Shown here: positions 49,986 through 62,460 of the stretch, piece after piece
How the letters are laid out: every line of letters starts with the position of its first letter
How positions within the stretch are numbered: the first letter of the stretch is position 1
Origin: Glaucostegus cemiculus
Lineage: Eukaryota
Direction: 5' to 3'
NCBI GenBank assembly: GCA_976551045.1
Contig: CDPCPM010000011.1
Location: 8,742,001-8,806,000 of the forward strand
Length of the DNA stretch: 64,000 bases
Translations under genes and position numbers: made by a program
The notes under the pieces: model-generated
Database searches by the model: none
Told to the model about the DNA's origin: nothing
The model's input: only the letters and a program-made list of their open reading frames with translations

Positions 49986-52900
49986 TGTTTCAAACTAGTT
50001 ATTACAATCTAATTCCAAATAAGAGGTACATGAATCTGTTTCTCTTTTGCCACTTGGTTTTAAGTTAACTGCATTAGTATTACTGGAGCCTTGTCAATCT
50101 TTTTATACAGTGCTCTGTAGTAGAACATTAGGGAGGAGAGTTGTAATGAATACAAACTCCAGACGTTAAGGATGTTGTCTCCTTTTTGGAAATGCCCATT
50201 TAACTGTTCAGTGTGGCAAAGTGTCTCTGGCACAACCTGCCATATCTTCATAGATATGCTTACAAATGAACTGATCAAAACGTCAGGCATTTGAACATTA
50301 AACATCAATTGAGATTTACAATAAATATTCACAATTTAATTAACTTATCATCTCAGTATTGAAACCAGATTTTTTTAAAAAAGTTTTTGTTACATTACCA
50401 CCATTGGGAGGCACCATTCAGGCATTTTTCCCATTTATTTGGTATGGGTATATGCTATCTTGGAAGATTTTCTTCAGGTTGATGACATTTTCAGTCAACT
50501 GCTCTCAGTGCTTGCAGCATCTTCTCAAAATAGTCTGAAGAACTGTGTCCTGAGGCATCACACAGAGCAACTCTGCCAGAACTATGTCATTGCAGCTGGT
50601 GTGTGCAGAGAACACTTAACTGCTGCTGTTGCTCCTTCATTCTAACAGAGCGGGATGTGTTGATTAACTTGCAAAACCAGTGAGATTTGATTTTAGGCTA
50701 TTTTAAGGCACCACGACCTCTTGCAGTGATTTTGACACATCTTGGACATTGCTTTTGCATCATCTGTTAGACTAAAGCTGCAATATTACTTTCTGTATGT
50801 AGTCTTTGGACCTGCACAGTGTGCAGAATGTTAACAACGACAAGTTAGATTTCTCTTAACATTTCTCTTTCAATAACATAGCTATATGTACGTAACACAG
50901 ACAAGATGGGCTGAAATTCTGAATTAACTAATTGAATTTACCCATGGAAATTACATTAAGGGACATAATTAATACAAAAATTTGCTTCATTAGCAGTCAA
51001 ATCTATATAGATAGATAGATAATGGAGTCCCAGAGATAACTCTGTAAATAACAGTGACTTTATTTTTGTTTTATTTCCACATCAATATTCTGGGATTACG
51101 ACTAACCAGAAAGTTAGGAGAGTGAGGTTATGTTCAAAGCATGCTAGAAACAGAGCAGCCACAATGTTCAAATTTTTATATCATTCAAAATAAGAGCAGT
51201 TTGTTCAATTAGCATTCACTGTAGGACCGTGCATTTACCTTTCACAATACATTGTGCACCCACAGGATGCAGTACAGCAACCTAACCAAGATTACCTTGA
51301 ATAGCTTCTAACCTCTTGGCTGCCAAAAGTAAAAAGAGCAAGAGCATTGATGATATAGGGCATCAACAGCCCAAAGTTTATCACCCACTTCAACAGACAT
51401 CAAATTTTCATCACTCATCCAAGTCTTGAGTTGCCTACATAACACTTATGAGAGCCCAATCAACATAAACACTCCGATTATTTAAGGAGAAAGCTCACCG
51501 CTTCTTGATTAGAACAACTTAATAGTATTCTATTGGCAAAAAAATCTCTTTTGCCTTTAGTTACCCAATAATCTTACAAAGTCACAGACTTTTGCATTCA
51601 TGACTGTTGTTACTTCTTTGCTTGCAAGTTCACCATTTGGATGGAATTTCTGGCACTGCTGCAGTTCTCGGACATTTCCGTGAATGCTTATGTATCCTTT
51701 TAAATTTCACCTTGTCTGGAAAGCAGCTTAACCAAAGCACTAATCTAAATATGGCATGAAATTAGAGATCCAACTTATGCCATATCAATGCAGAAGACAT
51801 AATCTTTTATGCCATAAATATAGTTGACAAGTCCATTTTCAAAACATTAGCAGAGGAAATATTTAAAATGTACCCAATGACACTGGTTAGGATGATTTCA
51901 TTAAAGGAGTTACCAATGACAACCAAGACAGGATATTAAATAGTCTTTTTTAAGTGTAATTGCCTGTATTTTGCTTTAATAAATTTTCACAGACAAAAAC
52001 AGTTGTATGCTTACCAGGAAAGAACTAAAAGGATTTCAGATGGGAAATGTAACTTGCATCAGATTTCAAAACTAACACTGCAAAAGCTTTGTGGGTTCCC
52101 CCAAACTCCTTGTCTAAATAAATACTTTTCCATTATTTTCTAACTTCTACTGCCAGAAAACTCTTGCATATCCCAGGACAAAATCTTATCTTGTCTAGCC
52201 TCAGTAATTCAGGAGATAATATATCCAGTGGTATTACAGTTTGCATTTCTGGTCAGTAAAAGCATCTTCTTGCTCAACAGCTTGTACTATTAGGCCTGCA
52301 TTGGGCATTTCCATCTTATAAAAAGGACTTTGTCCATCATAAAGGATGCATTGTCTGAATGAGACAGTTTTTCTTTTGACATTAGGCAGAAAAGTCAGCA
52401 AAACTATTTTATTGTCCCCAACAATGCTGTTGAGGAAATATTGTAAACAGTTCACTACATACAGGAATGAATTAACCAAGGTATAAATCGGTATAATATA
52501 AAGCAAATTAATGCCTCCATGTTTCAAGTCTGCCTCAGATACTCTCCTTTAAGTGGCCTGAGCATCAGGGATGGGCCACGAATGCCAAACAACTAATTAT
52601 ACAATAGTTTAATCCAGGGATCCAAGTATGGAACACTTTTGTAGTCTGAACTGGGTATAAGGTCTTCCACACTTGCCTCACATCTGTTACTTCAATCTTT
52701 TAGTCAACATACCAGAAAAATACTTCAGTGGATTGAGGTTCAACACAAGTTGCTTTATTTTGCTCAGCAGTAGCTAAAGAGCTGTGAACAAGCTTAAACA
52801 TTCTATTCTCTTATCAAAAATATGCCTTGTCCGTTTGCTTTCTGAAATTATTTTTCTTTCAAGTTCCATTTGCAAAATGATCTCATTTAGGTTGGCATCC

Positions 52901-55900
52901 AATTCCAAGCCTGTTCCCAGTTCCCTGTTTAAGGTCTAACTGATTTGCCATGCGTACCCATAGCTTCATTACCAATAAAATCAACTTCACTCCTAGAGTG
53001 CTCTTAAATTGCAAAGTGCTTCATCAGAGATTAGCAAACAATATTTAACCCATCCACAAAAGTGTCTTGGTCAAATGATAGGCTTTAAGCTTTTTAAATA
53101 GGCAAGAGCTGCAGAAAGGCATTTCAGGTGGCACTTCAGAGCACATGAACTGGCAGCAGAAGACAAAAAAAGGGCTGGAAAACTGTGGATCGTGTCAGAA
53201 CTAGAGGCTATAGAGATAAGAAGGAGCAAAGGCCACAGAGAGACTTGAAAGCAAGGGCAAGAAATTTAAAATTGAACACAGCAGCAAATAGAGACAAATT
53301 AGGACATAGGTTGCAAGGTTTTGGGTATTCTCATGTTCACAGAGGGTAGGATGATGGAGGCTGTTCAGAAATCGATTGGATGAGCCACATTAAAGTGTCA
53401 ATAAAGTCCTGCATTAGAGTTTCAGCAGAGGGAATGAGCCAGGAGCAGAGTTGGGCAACATGATGAGGTGGACAAAAGGCAGTGTATTGATGATGTAAGG
53501 TGTGAAGTTTATTTCAGAGCTGAATATTTCACCAAGGATGTAAACAGTCTGGTTTAGTTTCAGACAGATACAGCACGAGCAATGGGGTCCGATGTTTAGA
53601 TACCGAGTTTGTGGCTGGGATTGAAGACGTTGGGCTCACAGCATCAGTCTTTATGATGTTTGGTTGACAGAAATTTCTGCTTGTCAAGTTCCCCATGTTG
53701 GGCTATTTATCTGATAAATTATAGGCAATGATGGGATCAAGAAAGATGGTGAGGTAGCGGTGGGTGTTGTCTGTGTCCGTGTACAAATGGACATTGTATT
53801 TTTGAATAATGCCAAAGGCCTTTACTGTATGTAGCCTAGTGTAGATCATGGGGGACATCAAGGTGACTATGCTAGCCTGGGTGAAGAAGTCAATGCTGTT
53901 GTCTGAATAGGTAAGAAAAGTACCATGCAAGTGGTCTTGGGAGGAGAGTGAGGCTGGAGCAGGGCAATTGCTTTTTTTTCTTGAGGATGTAGCATTGACA
54001 TTTGGAAGAGCAGAGATCAGCCATTTGAAGTGAGAGAACTATTAATAACATCAGATTGGGACGTTGGGATTAGGCTAAAGGAGCAGGAGGTAGATTTTAT
54101 CCAGAAATGAAAGAAAATTGCAAATTCAGAGCTAGAGCTCGCAGTAACCTTAGAACCTTGTCCCAGAGGGCACAGCAAAGTGGGGCCAGAGAGTGGGTGG
54201 GGAGAAGCTAAACTGGTTATACCAAAGTAAATTATTGTGAACATTTCCTACCGAAAGGAAGTGGTAACACTAGAGAGGGTGCTGAGAAGATTGACAAGGA
54301 TATTGTCAGAGCTGGAAATAATTAATTATGGAGGCAGATTGGTCAGACTGGGGTTGTTTCCTTTGTAACAGAAGAGACCTAGGAGAGTTTAACTGAGGTA
54401 GATGAAATTAAGGTGGTGAAATTAAGACATGGTGAACAGGAAGGGACTATTTTCTTTAGTAGAGAGGTCAGTAACTCAGGGAGGGATTTAAGAAGACAGG
54501 CACCAGGAAGTGGAAGGGCAGCCATTTCGACTTATTCAGTGTCAACCAATTCACCAGTGGACTTGTCATATCTCCCTCCTCAGATCTCTCAAGAGGCCAT
54601 CACCTTCTATTACCAAAAGCAAACAGAGTCAGCAAATCTGAAATGAGTCAAACAACTATCATAAGTGGAATTAATTGTGAGTTGTGACATTGCACAAACT
54701 GGCCAGTCTAGTTGAAACAATTCTTTGAGGCCTGTTCTGGTAAACACAGTTTACAAGAGGGGTTTTGCTTTGATTTAACATACAAACTTGAACCCCTCCT
54801 GTGACAGAGATGCAGATAACAGAGAGAAAATCAATGATGGAGAAGAAACTAGTAGTATGTGAGGAACAAACAGAAAGAAAATAAAAATGGTAACACATTA
54901 GTAGGCTTTCCTGATTTCTCTGGCCCCTAAAGATTTTATCCATAAGTAATGCCACCAGGGATCATTGAAGGTACTTTGTGCATCAACACAAAATGCTAGA
55001 GTATTTCAGCAACTTTAAAACGCTAATGTCTCTGTTACAAGATATAGTTTATCATCAACTGTTCCAGGTCAGTATTATCTCAAGCAAGCATTTTAAAATC
55101 ACCATAATGCCCATAGCTCATTGAACTTTGAAGGAAGTTTCCAGCTGATCCTGAGCAGCTGGCCATACAATCAACAAGTGCTCTGCTCAGGGGTAGGTTA
55201 AGAATCATGCTTGGATTAAATTGCCAGTAATTGGCATAGGAGCAGTTGTTAGAGTAAACAACAGGAAGCTTCCTTCACACGCGGTCAGGCTGAGAGGGAG
55301 GTTGAAAATCATCTGATTAAGGAAACACTGAAGTGCTTATGAAAACTGGAGGTAACATATGAGACTCGGAATCCTTGTGGTTATCCTTGTTGGGGAAGTT
55401 CCTTTTAATAGATGAATCTATTATTGTCAACTCCCTCTGGTGGTTGGATTACAAACAAAAATAAAATAGTTTCACACAAAGAGCAACGCAGAGTGAAAAC
55501 TGTTGAACTGGGAGACTTGCATACACTGAAGAATACCATTACAATACAGTTTAAAAGAGATTTGTCACAGGATATCACACCTCAACAAACAACCTGCTTT
55601 TGCCACATAGTGCTTCCTGAGGTTCGCTATAAAATGCTATATCCAATTGTATGCAATTTAGTGAGGTGGGGATTCTGACAATTCAAAGTACAAATAGAGA
55701 AATTAAATGTTACATGAGAAAGAAAGGACAGTTTCATTTAATCTGGAACCAAGAATTTACAAACAGGTCTCTTCCTGTGCAGTAATTAATCTAAACTCAA
55801 TGGCCCACTTACAAACAAAAACTTTTATCTAATGGTGACAGACCAAGAGAAAAATACAACCTAATCTTCAAATGCAATAATAATGCGAGTTTCACATCGA

Positions 55901-58139
55901 CCAGATGTTCCCCTCCTTAACAGGCAGCACATTATTTAAGTTATCGTCATCAGAGCCATGACTCAACGGGTCTATGGTTGTGTGATCTGATGTTTAGAAG
56001 GTATTAATATCTTTAAAACTCACTCTCATAGTTTATGATATAAAGACCACCCCCGGTGTCCTGATTGTTGATCTTGGACTTAGGATCAACTCATGCTATC
56101 AACTGGAAAAATAACACCAGAAATTATTCCTCCTAAACATGTTGGATTATTGCTATCTCTCTCCACATCCAGAAAGTTTATTATTTGTAATTAAGCTTTT
56201 TAATAATGGAAGTTTCCATCTTTTTAAACTAATAATAATGATGATGACAACAACAAGATATTTGTCCCCATCACCAAATTGAAGTTAATGTCTGTTCATG
56301 TGGTGCAACTCCATGCATCACTTAAGTCAATTGAATTAGACACTTAACTCTGGTTCCCACATGATATGGATTGTATGTTTCAGTGCTGATAATAAAAGGG
56401 AACATGTACTGAGCACAGTGGCAGGAATACTGGTTGAGAGTACCATTCTTTCATGGATGGTAATGAACTTCTTGAATGCAGTCACAGCTGGTCCAATCCA
56501 CAGGACTCAAGCATTCCACCAAACTCTGAAATGAGTCTTGTAAATGATAAATCAGTTTTTTTATGGTCAGGAGCCTAGCAATGTGTAAGAGGAGCCAATC
56601 ACTAGCCTGCCATTTGTTTCCCACTCCTGTCTTTAGACCATATTTATTTATTGACTTAGTTTTATGCCAAGAACCTCATTACAAGTAGAACTGCCAATAA
56701 AATGTGCTTATTTTCAGTTTTTATTCAATGTTAGATCCAATGTAGAAAATCGAAGTGTGTCCTGAGGTAGCCCCAGCACAGAGAACCGCTTGGTGTTTTC
56801 AAGTATTATTTCCTTTAGAATGTTCCTTCCCCACACCCAGATTTATAATCAACTGTTTTAATTGTGATCAGTTAAAAGGCAAAGGGTGATTATTGTTCTT
56901 CATAAAATGTACAATGAGAAAGTTAAAGAATAAAACCAGGGAGAAAAAGAGAACAAGGATAACAGTTAAAATAAGAAAATGATAAGTAAAAAGAGAGGGA
57001 GAATTATATAAACAAAAATGTTATCTAATTATTAGGCATGCTATTGGATTAGTTAGGGGTAGTGGAGACAACCAAAGAAAGCCTACACAAACATAACAAA
57101 ACATGGGTGAAAGAAACTTAGGGAAATAAATAGAGGACATTCAAATAATATTGACAGGTAAAAATTAAAGAAATCCCAAAGGCATTTTGTAAACTCAAAG
57201 AGTGACCAGTTTGTGGAGATGTGGGATGCGAGTATGTTTTGGAATAATTCCTTTGCATCTATCTTCAGAGTGGCAGACAACACTTATGAGAGAGTAGGGG
57301 TAGATAGGATAAACAAAAATGCAAATAAATAAAAGGGATTTAGCACCATTAGAGTCATTAATTTACCAGGCCCAGATTAAATGTATCCCAGGGTAACGAG
57401 AGAAGAGAGGAAATAATAGTTTCTGACCATCACTTTCCAATGTTTGTAGGTTGTGAACAAGGCAGCAGGGGCCAGTTTAAAAGGAGAGAAAAGGGATAGA
57501 TCAAGTAATTCCATAAAGCTAAACTCAATTGCAGTTTGTTACTAGAAAAATAAAGTAACAGTAATAATAATAATTTGGAAGGCCATGATTATTTCAGAAC
57601 ATCCAACATGGATATTAAAGGGAAAGCATGACTAAATTTCACAAGGCAACAAGCAGAGTTATTGAAAGATACTTCACATGGATTTCAGCATAGATTTTAA
57701 CAATGACAGACTGGCTATGGGATCTGAGGGAAAATGGCAGATTGGGTCAAACCAGCTTGGTAGCTGGAGGCAAAGGATTTGCTCAATGGGAGATGCAAGG
57801 CTGCTCCAAGCAATAGCCCTCAAGGCTTAGTACAGGGTCTCTTGCTCTTTCAATGATACTTAAATGTGAGGTGTTATAGAAGTTTGCCATGCAGTTGATA
57901 ATAAGGAAGGAGCTGTAAACAAAGGTATCAATGGACTGATTGGGTGGGAAGAAAATTAAATAAACAAAATTTAATCCACAGAAATGCAAGGTAATACATT
58001 TGTGAAAGAAACACAAGGTAAGGGTATGCATAAATCAGTGGTAGGATACTAAGTGGAGGAAATTTGGACTGCATATCCACAGATCCATTATGATATCAGG
58101 ACAGAATGGTTCAGGTGGTATACAAGATAGTGAAAATCG

Positions 58140-58260
58140 TAAAATTTTGGATGCTAGGAAAGTTAACTAACAGAAAATGCAGGAAACACCCAAGTCAGGC
58201 AGAATCTGTAGAAAGAGAAACGGAGTTAACATTCAGGTCAGATAACCTTTATCAGAACAA
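58140..58260 (-). mobile_element. Penelope-like terminal-repeat fragment with a degenerate hammerhead; plus-strand relatives at ~58990-59108 and ~60215-60310
   Basis: Minus strand TTCTGATAAAGGTTATCTGACCTGAATGTTAACTCCGTTTCTCTTTCTACAGATTCTGCCTGAC. Confidence 0.65.
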
Positions 58261-58399
58261 ATTAGTATATGTCATATGGGATACTACCTTTATTAGCTGA
58301 ACATAAGAATACAAGAGCAGGAAGGTTATGCTAAATACATAAGACACAAGTTCAGCCATTGCTGGATTACCTTGCTAATAAATGAAATATCCCGTATGC

Positions 58400-58975
58400 T
58401 AATTTGGTATTGGTATATTATTGTCACTTGTACTGAGGTACAGTGAAAAGCTTGTCTTACAACCCGATCAGACAGGTCAATTCATTACACAGTGCAGTTA
58501 CATTGAGTCAGTACAGGTTGTAGCACAGGTAAGGACAATAACAGTACAGAGTAAAGTGTCACAGCTACAGAGAAGGTGCAGTGCAATAAGATGCGAGGAC
58601 ACAACAAGGTAGATCGTGAGGTCATAGTTCATCTCATTGTATAAGGGAACTGTTCAATAGTCTTATCACAGTGGGGTAGAAGCTGTTCTTAAGTCTGGTG
58701 GTACGTGACTTCAAGCTCCTATATCCTCTACCCGACGGAAGAAGACAAGAGAAGAGAGAATGTCCCAGGTGGGTGGGGTCTTTGATTATGCTGGCTGCTT
58801 CAACAAGACAAGGAGAGGTAAAGACAGAGTCCAAGGAAGGGAGGCTGGTGTCCGTAATGCACTGGGCTGTGTCCACAATTCTCTGCAGTTTCTTGCAGTC
58901 CTGGGCAGAGCAGTTGCTGTACCAAGCCGTGATATATCCAGATAGGATGCTTTCTATGGTGTATTGGTAAAAGCT
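58400..58975 (-). mobile_element. Rex1/Babar LINE 3' fragment
   Basis: ORF 58634-58876 reads AASIIKDPTHLGHSLFSCLLPSGRGYRSLKSRTTRLKNSFYPTVIRLLN, a typical Rex1 C-terminus. Tail TTTTCACTGTACCTCAGTACAAGTGACAATAA. Confidence 0.88.
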
Positions 58976-59989
58976 GATGTAATTTGCTGTGATTCAGGTT
59001 CTACAACCTGTAATGTTAACTCTCTCTTTCTACAGACTTCCTACAGATGCTGCCTGGCCAGTTGTGTTTCTAGCATTTTCTGTTACTTAATATTTCAAGC
59101 ATCTGCAGGAGGAATGCAATTGCACTAGACAGCATATAGAATGTTAGCAGGTCTGGAGAATTTTAGCCATGGAGGGAGACTGACGAGTTGAGGTTCTCTC
59201 TCTCTGGAATAAAGGAGGCTGGAAACAGTATGAACAAATTCTTAAATGATATGGAAGTTGATAAAAAGGAGGGGAAAAGCCCTGGTTTTCTGATAGTTTG
59301 TCGTTACTATCAGCTTTCATTGTTATGACACCTAGAAAGCGACAGCAACTTCTGAGGCTGCCACGCTGCCATAGTTGAAAGCAGAAATCACAACTCTGGA
59401 GTCAGTGATTCAGTTGTTTTGCAACCTTCTCCTCTGCAATCGAGGTTAACCAGTTGAACTGACAAAAATTTCAGGAATTTACAAATTCGTTATAAAATAC
59501 ACCAACAATCTTATGCTTTGCTTTGAGAACTGATGTTTCTTGAAGTGGTACTTTAAGTCATTAAAAAGTACTTAATTCACCCTCTGGCTGTAAAATTTAA
59601 GTGTAATTTTCAACCCTGTAACATAAATATTTTGTTAAAAATAGATTTTGAAATAATGAGGTCTTTTGATTTCTTGAAATTTTTATGTCATATCAGCTTC
59701 TACGCAAGAACTTGTGCACATTCCTCTATATATTTCAGATTCTGTAAATGATTAAAAATTGTGCTTTTTCTTTCCTGATCTGGCATCATGAGAATTTACC
59801 AATGCAATTATCTGCTGAGCCAGCTTGTTTCACAACTGCTGGAAGCAATGAATCTACTTGAACACACATCTGGAAGCACCTAGTATCAGAATAGAGAAAT
59901 CCACATTTCCCTCGATCTTTTGGGGTAGCTTTTTGTAGAGGGCCTGTGGTGACTATAAAATCAGGATGTGCAGACATGAGATCCCACTC

Positions 59990-60205
59990 ACGTGGCAAAA
60001 AAAGTAGAGCTGCTGCCTCATAGCTCCTGCAAACTGGGTTCAACCCTGACCTCCTGTGCTGTTCCTATTATGGTAGAATCTATGTGTGTTTGGGGGAGGG
60101 GTGTGGACACTAAAATAGGATCAGTGGCAGATTAGTATAAATGGATGCTTGGTCCTTGGTGCTGACTCGACGGGCTAAGGTATGTTTACATACTGTACAA
60201 CTCTG
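59990..60205 (+). mobile_element. HE1-like SINE with the V-domain deleted
   Basis: Head GTAGAGCTGCTGCCTCATAGCTCC...GGGTTCAACCCTGACCTC joined to a decayed HE1 tail. Confidence 0.65.
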
Positions 60206-62139
60206 AGTGTTAATTAGGTTTCTCTTTCCACAGATGCTGCCTGACCTGGTGAGTGTTTTCAGCATTTTCTGTTTTTACTTCAGATTTCCAGCATCTACAG
60301 TCTTTTGATTTTCAATTACTACACATTATGTTTACCAACATGGTTCAAATAATTTGCTTCATTTAAAAATAAGGTGGGTTCTGTATCTTAGACAGAGTAA
60401 ATGTTATGCAGCTGCAGTAGTTTGACTGTGTGGTCACCCTACCTAAAAGAAAATCACTACTACAGGAGTTGGAACTGTACTTCCCTGAAGTAGTCAAAAA
60501 GAATGAAATCTGTGTGGCACAGGTGGATATGTTAAAGTTCCGAAAAAATTACCTTATAAATGAATGCATGAAACTCATTAAAAACTCCATTAAAAGTACT
60601 AAGTGCATGCTTCTGATTAAATAATTTCCAAAGATACACATTTTTGTAGCTTACTACTTTTTCTAAGATAGCTTCCAGTAAACTTTAAATGATTTTAACA
60701 CTATTGAAAGCAATATGTTAGAAAAGAGTGTTTGAAATTTGAAATAAATGCAGAAAATGGCAGAATGAGACCATCATGGAAAATGGTTCCAAGATCACCT
60801 GCTCACTTCCAAAATAAACATCTCCTTAAAACTTGGAAAATGGCTGAGAAAGCAAGAGAAAGAGCTGGCCTCATACCAACATATGGAGTAGGCAGGTTGT
60901 TACAAAATTCACGACTGCACTGTTCTCTTCTGTATAGTGGCACCACTGTCCCGGAGTCTTTTAATGACCAATGTTAACTTTTTCCTGCTCAGAGCTTTGT
61001 AAAGGATAACATAATTGTAACATCAAAGCATCTCCCTTTGTGCATTAGAAATGAAACCACCCACATGCCCCTTGCATTTGTATCTTCTGTCAGGTAGAAT
61101 TCTAAACATTCAATAAATTGTCCAAAAGCTTGCACTTGATATGGGCCCATCTGACTCTCATGTTAACAGAGCTGGCTCTCTGGCACTGAATTAGGAAGCA
61201 TGGAACCTTTGCCTACGTTCCAGATGCAAACATTCAATATACTGACATATTCCAAGGAAGAAATTGTCAAAAATTTAATTGTCATTCCTCTTTTGGACCC
61301 GTGTAAAAAATAGTTTTATAAGGCTGCCGATCAAAGAATTATCTTATAACTAAGTAACAATCTCCTTCCATCTTCAGGGTGTCTCAACCTCTTAAAGATA
61401 TCCCTTCTGCCACAGCACCCTTCCACATGCTCCTCTACGCTGAATAAATGGAATTCATTCCAGCTTTAGAGTGTGCCAATTATCCCTAAGTATCTGTGCG
61501 TGTGCGTGTGCGTGGGAAATCTAGGACACAGATAATTTGCCCTAATTTGCCATTCCAAATAGCTTTCTGGGTTTCTGGGAGTTAACTCTGATTGAATACA
61601 ACTTCTTAGCAACAGCATAACAGAAATGATTTCCAAGACTCTTTATAAACCAAATAGATAAAAAAAAGTCCTGAAATTCAGAACGGTTGCTGATTTTAAA
61701 AGCAAGCTCCACAGTTGTGGATCTCAGGACACCATCATCACACTTGATACCTAACCCTGTCACACGACAGGGCCAGCAGACCTTCACAAACAGTAGTGAG
61801 TGCTTTTGGTCCAGAACTACCACACATTAGAATAAACCTGATTTTTCTAAATGTGTACATTACACAGAGATCATTTTACACAATTTGAAGTGTTTGCATG
61901 ATTTCCTGTTCAAGCCACACCCATCAGGAAATCAATTATTGTCATAATTCACCCCAGCACTTTTCCCTGTCATATTTCACACATGATGACATAATCAACT
62001 GCATGATACACAGTTCCCACTCACTAACAGAAAACAAGTCAACACACTTCTGACCTTTAATACATTAATCTTCATTTAAACAAGGAGCAAGTCACACAGC
62101 AAATCAGGAATTACACATGAATGAAAGGCAGATAGCATT

Positions 62140-62460
62140 CAATACGTATTCAATGTGGGCTTCACAGGTTAAGCCAGCAATTAATTGCCCAGCCCTAGAT
62201 GCCCTCGAGAAGGTGGTGATGAGTTCTGCAGTTCTTGAGGCAAGGGTATTACCCATAATGCTGTTAAGGAGAGAATTCCAGGGTTTTGACCCAGCGACAG
62301 TGAAGGACAGTGATACATTTCCAAATCAGGACGGTGTGCGTCTTGGAGGGCAACTTCCCGGTGGTGGTGTTTTTTGCTGCCCTTGTCCTTCTAGCTGGCA
62401 GATGTCACGGGTTGGAAGAGGAGGTCCAAGGAGTCTTGGTGAAACATCGATGCAGTAGAA
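62140..62460 (-). mobile_element. 3' end of a CR1/L2-group LINE; related pieces at ~32000-32130 and ~51250-51520
   Basis: GCCAGCAATTAATTGCCC...GAGAAGGTGGTGATGAG...CTGTTAAGGAGAGAATTCCA is the reverse-complement counterpart of the plus-strand piece at 32000-32130. Confidence 0.6.

Larger units (their letters stand above)
57030..59230 (+). mobile_element. Very old CR1 LINE hosting nested Penelope and Rex1 insertions
   Basis: IKRNPKAF, PGPDxMYPR and KFNPQKCKVIH remnants before 58100; CR1 C-terminal sequence resumes at ~58270-58370 and after 59110. Confidence 0.6.

Noticed and set aside
61495-61514. (TGTGCG)n and other short microsatellites, such as GATA repeats at ~51005
   Set aside because: Ordinary short simple repeats. 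No CRISPR-like repeat-spacer array was seen anywhere in the window.
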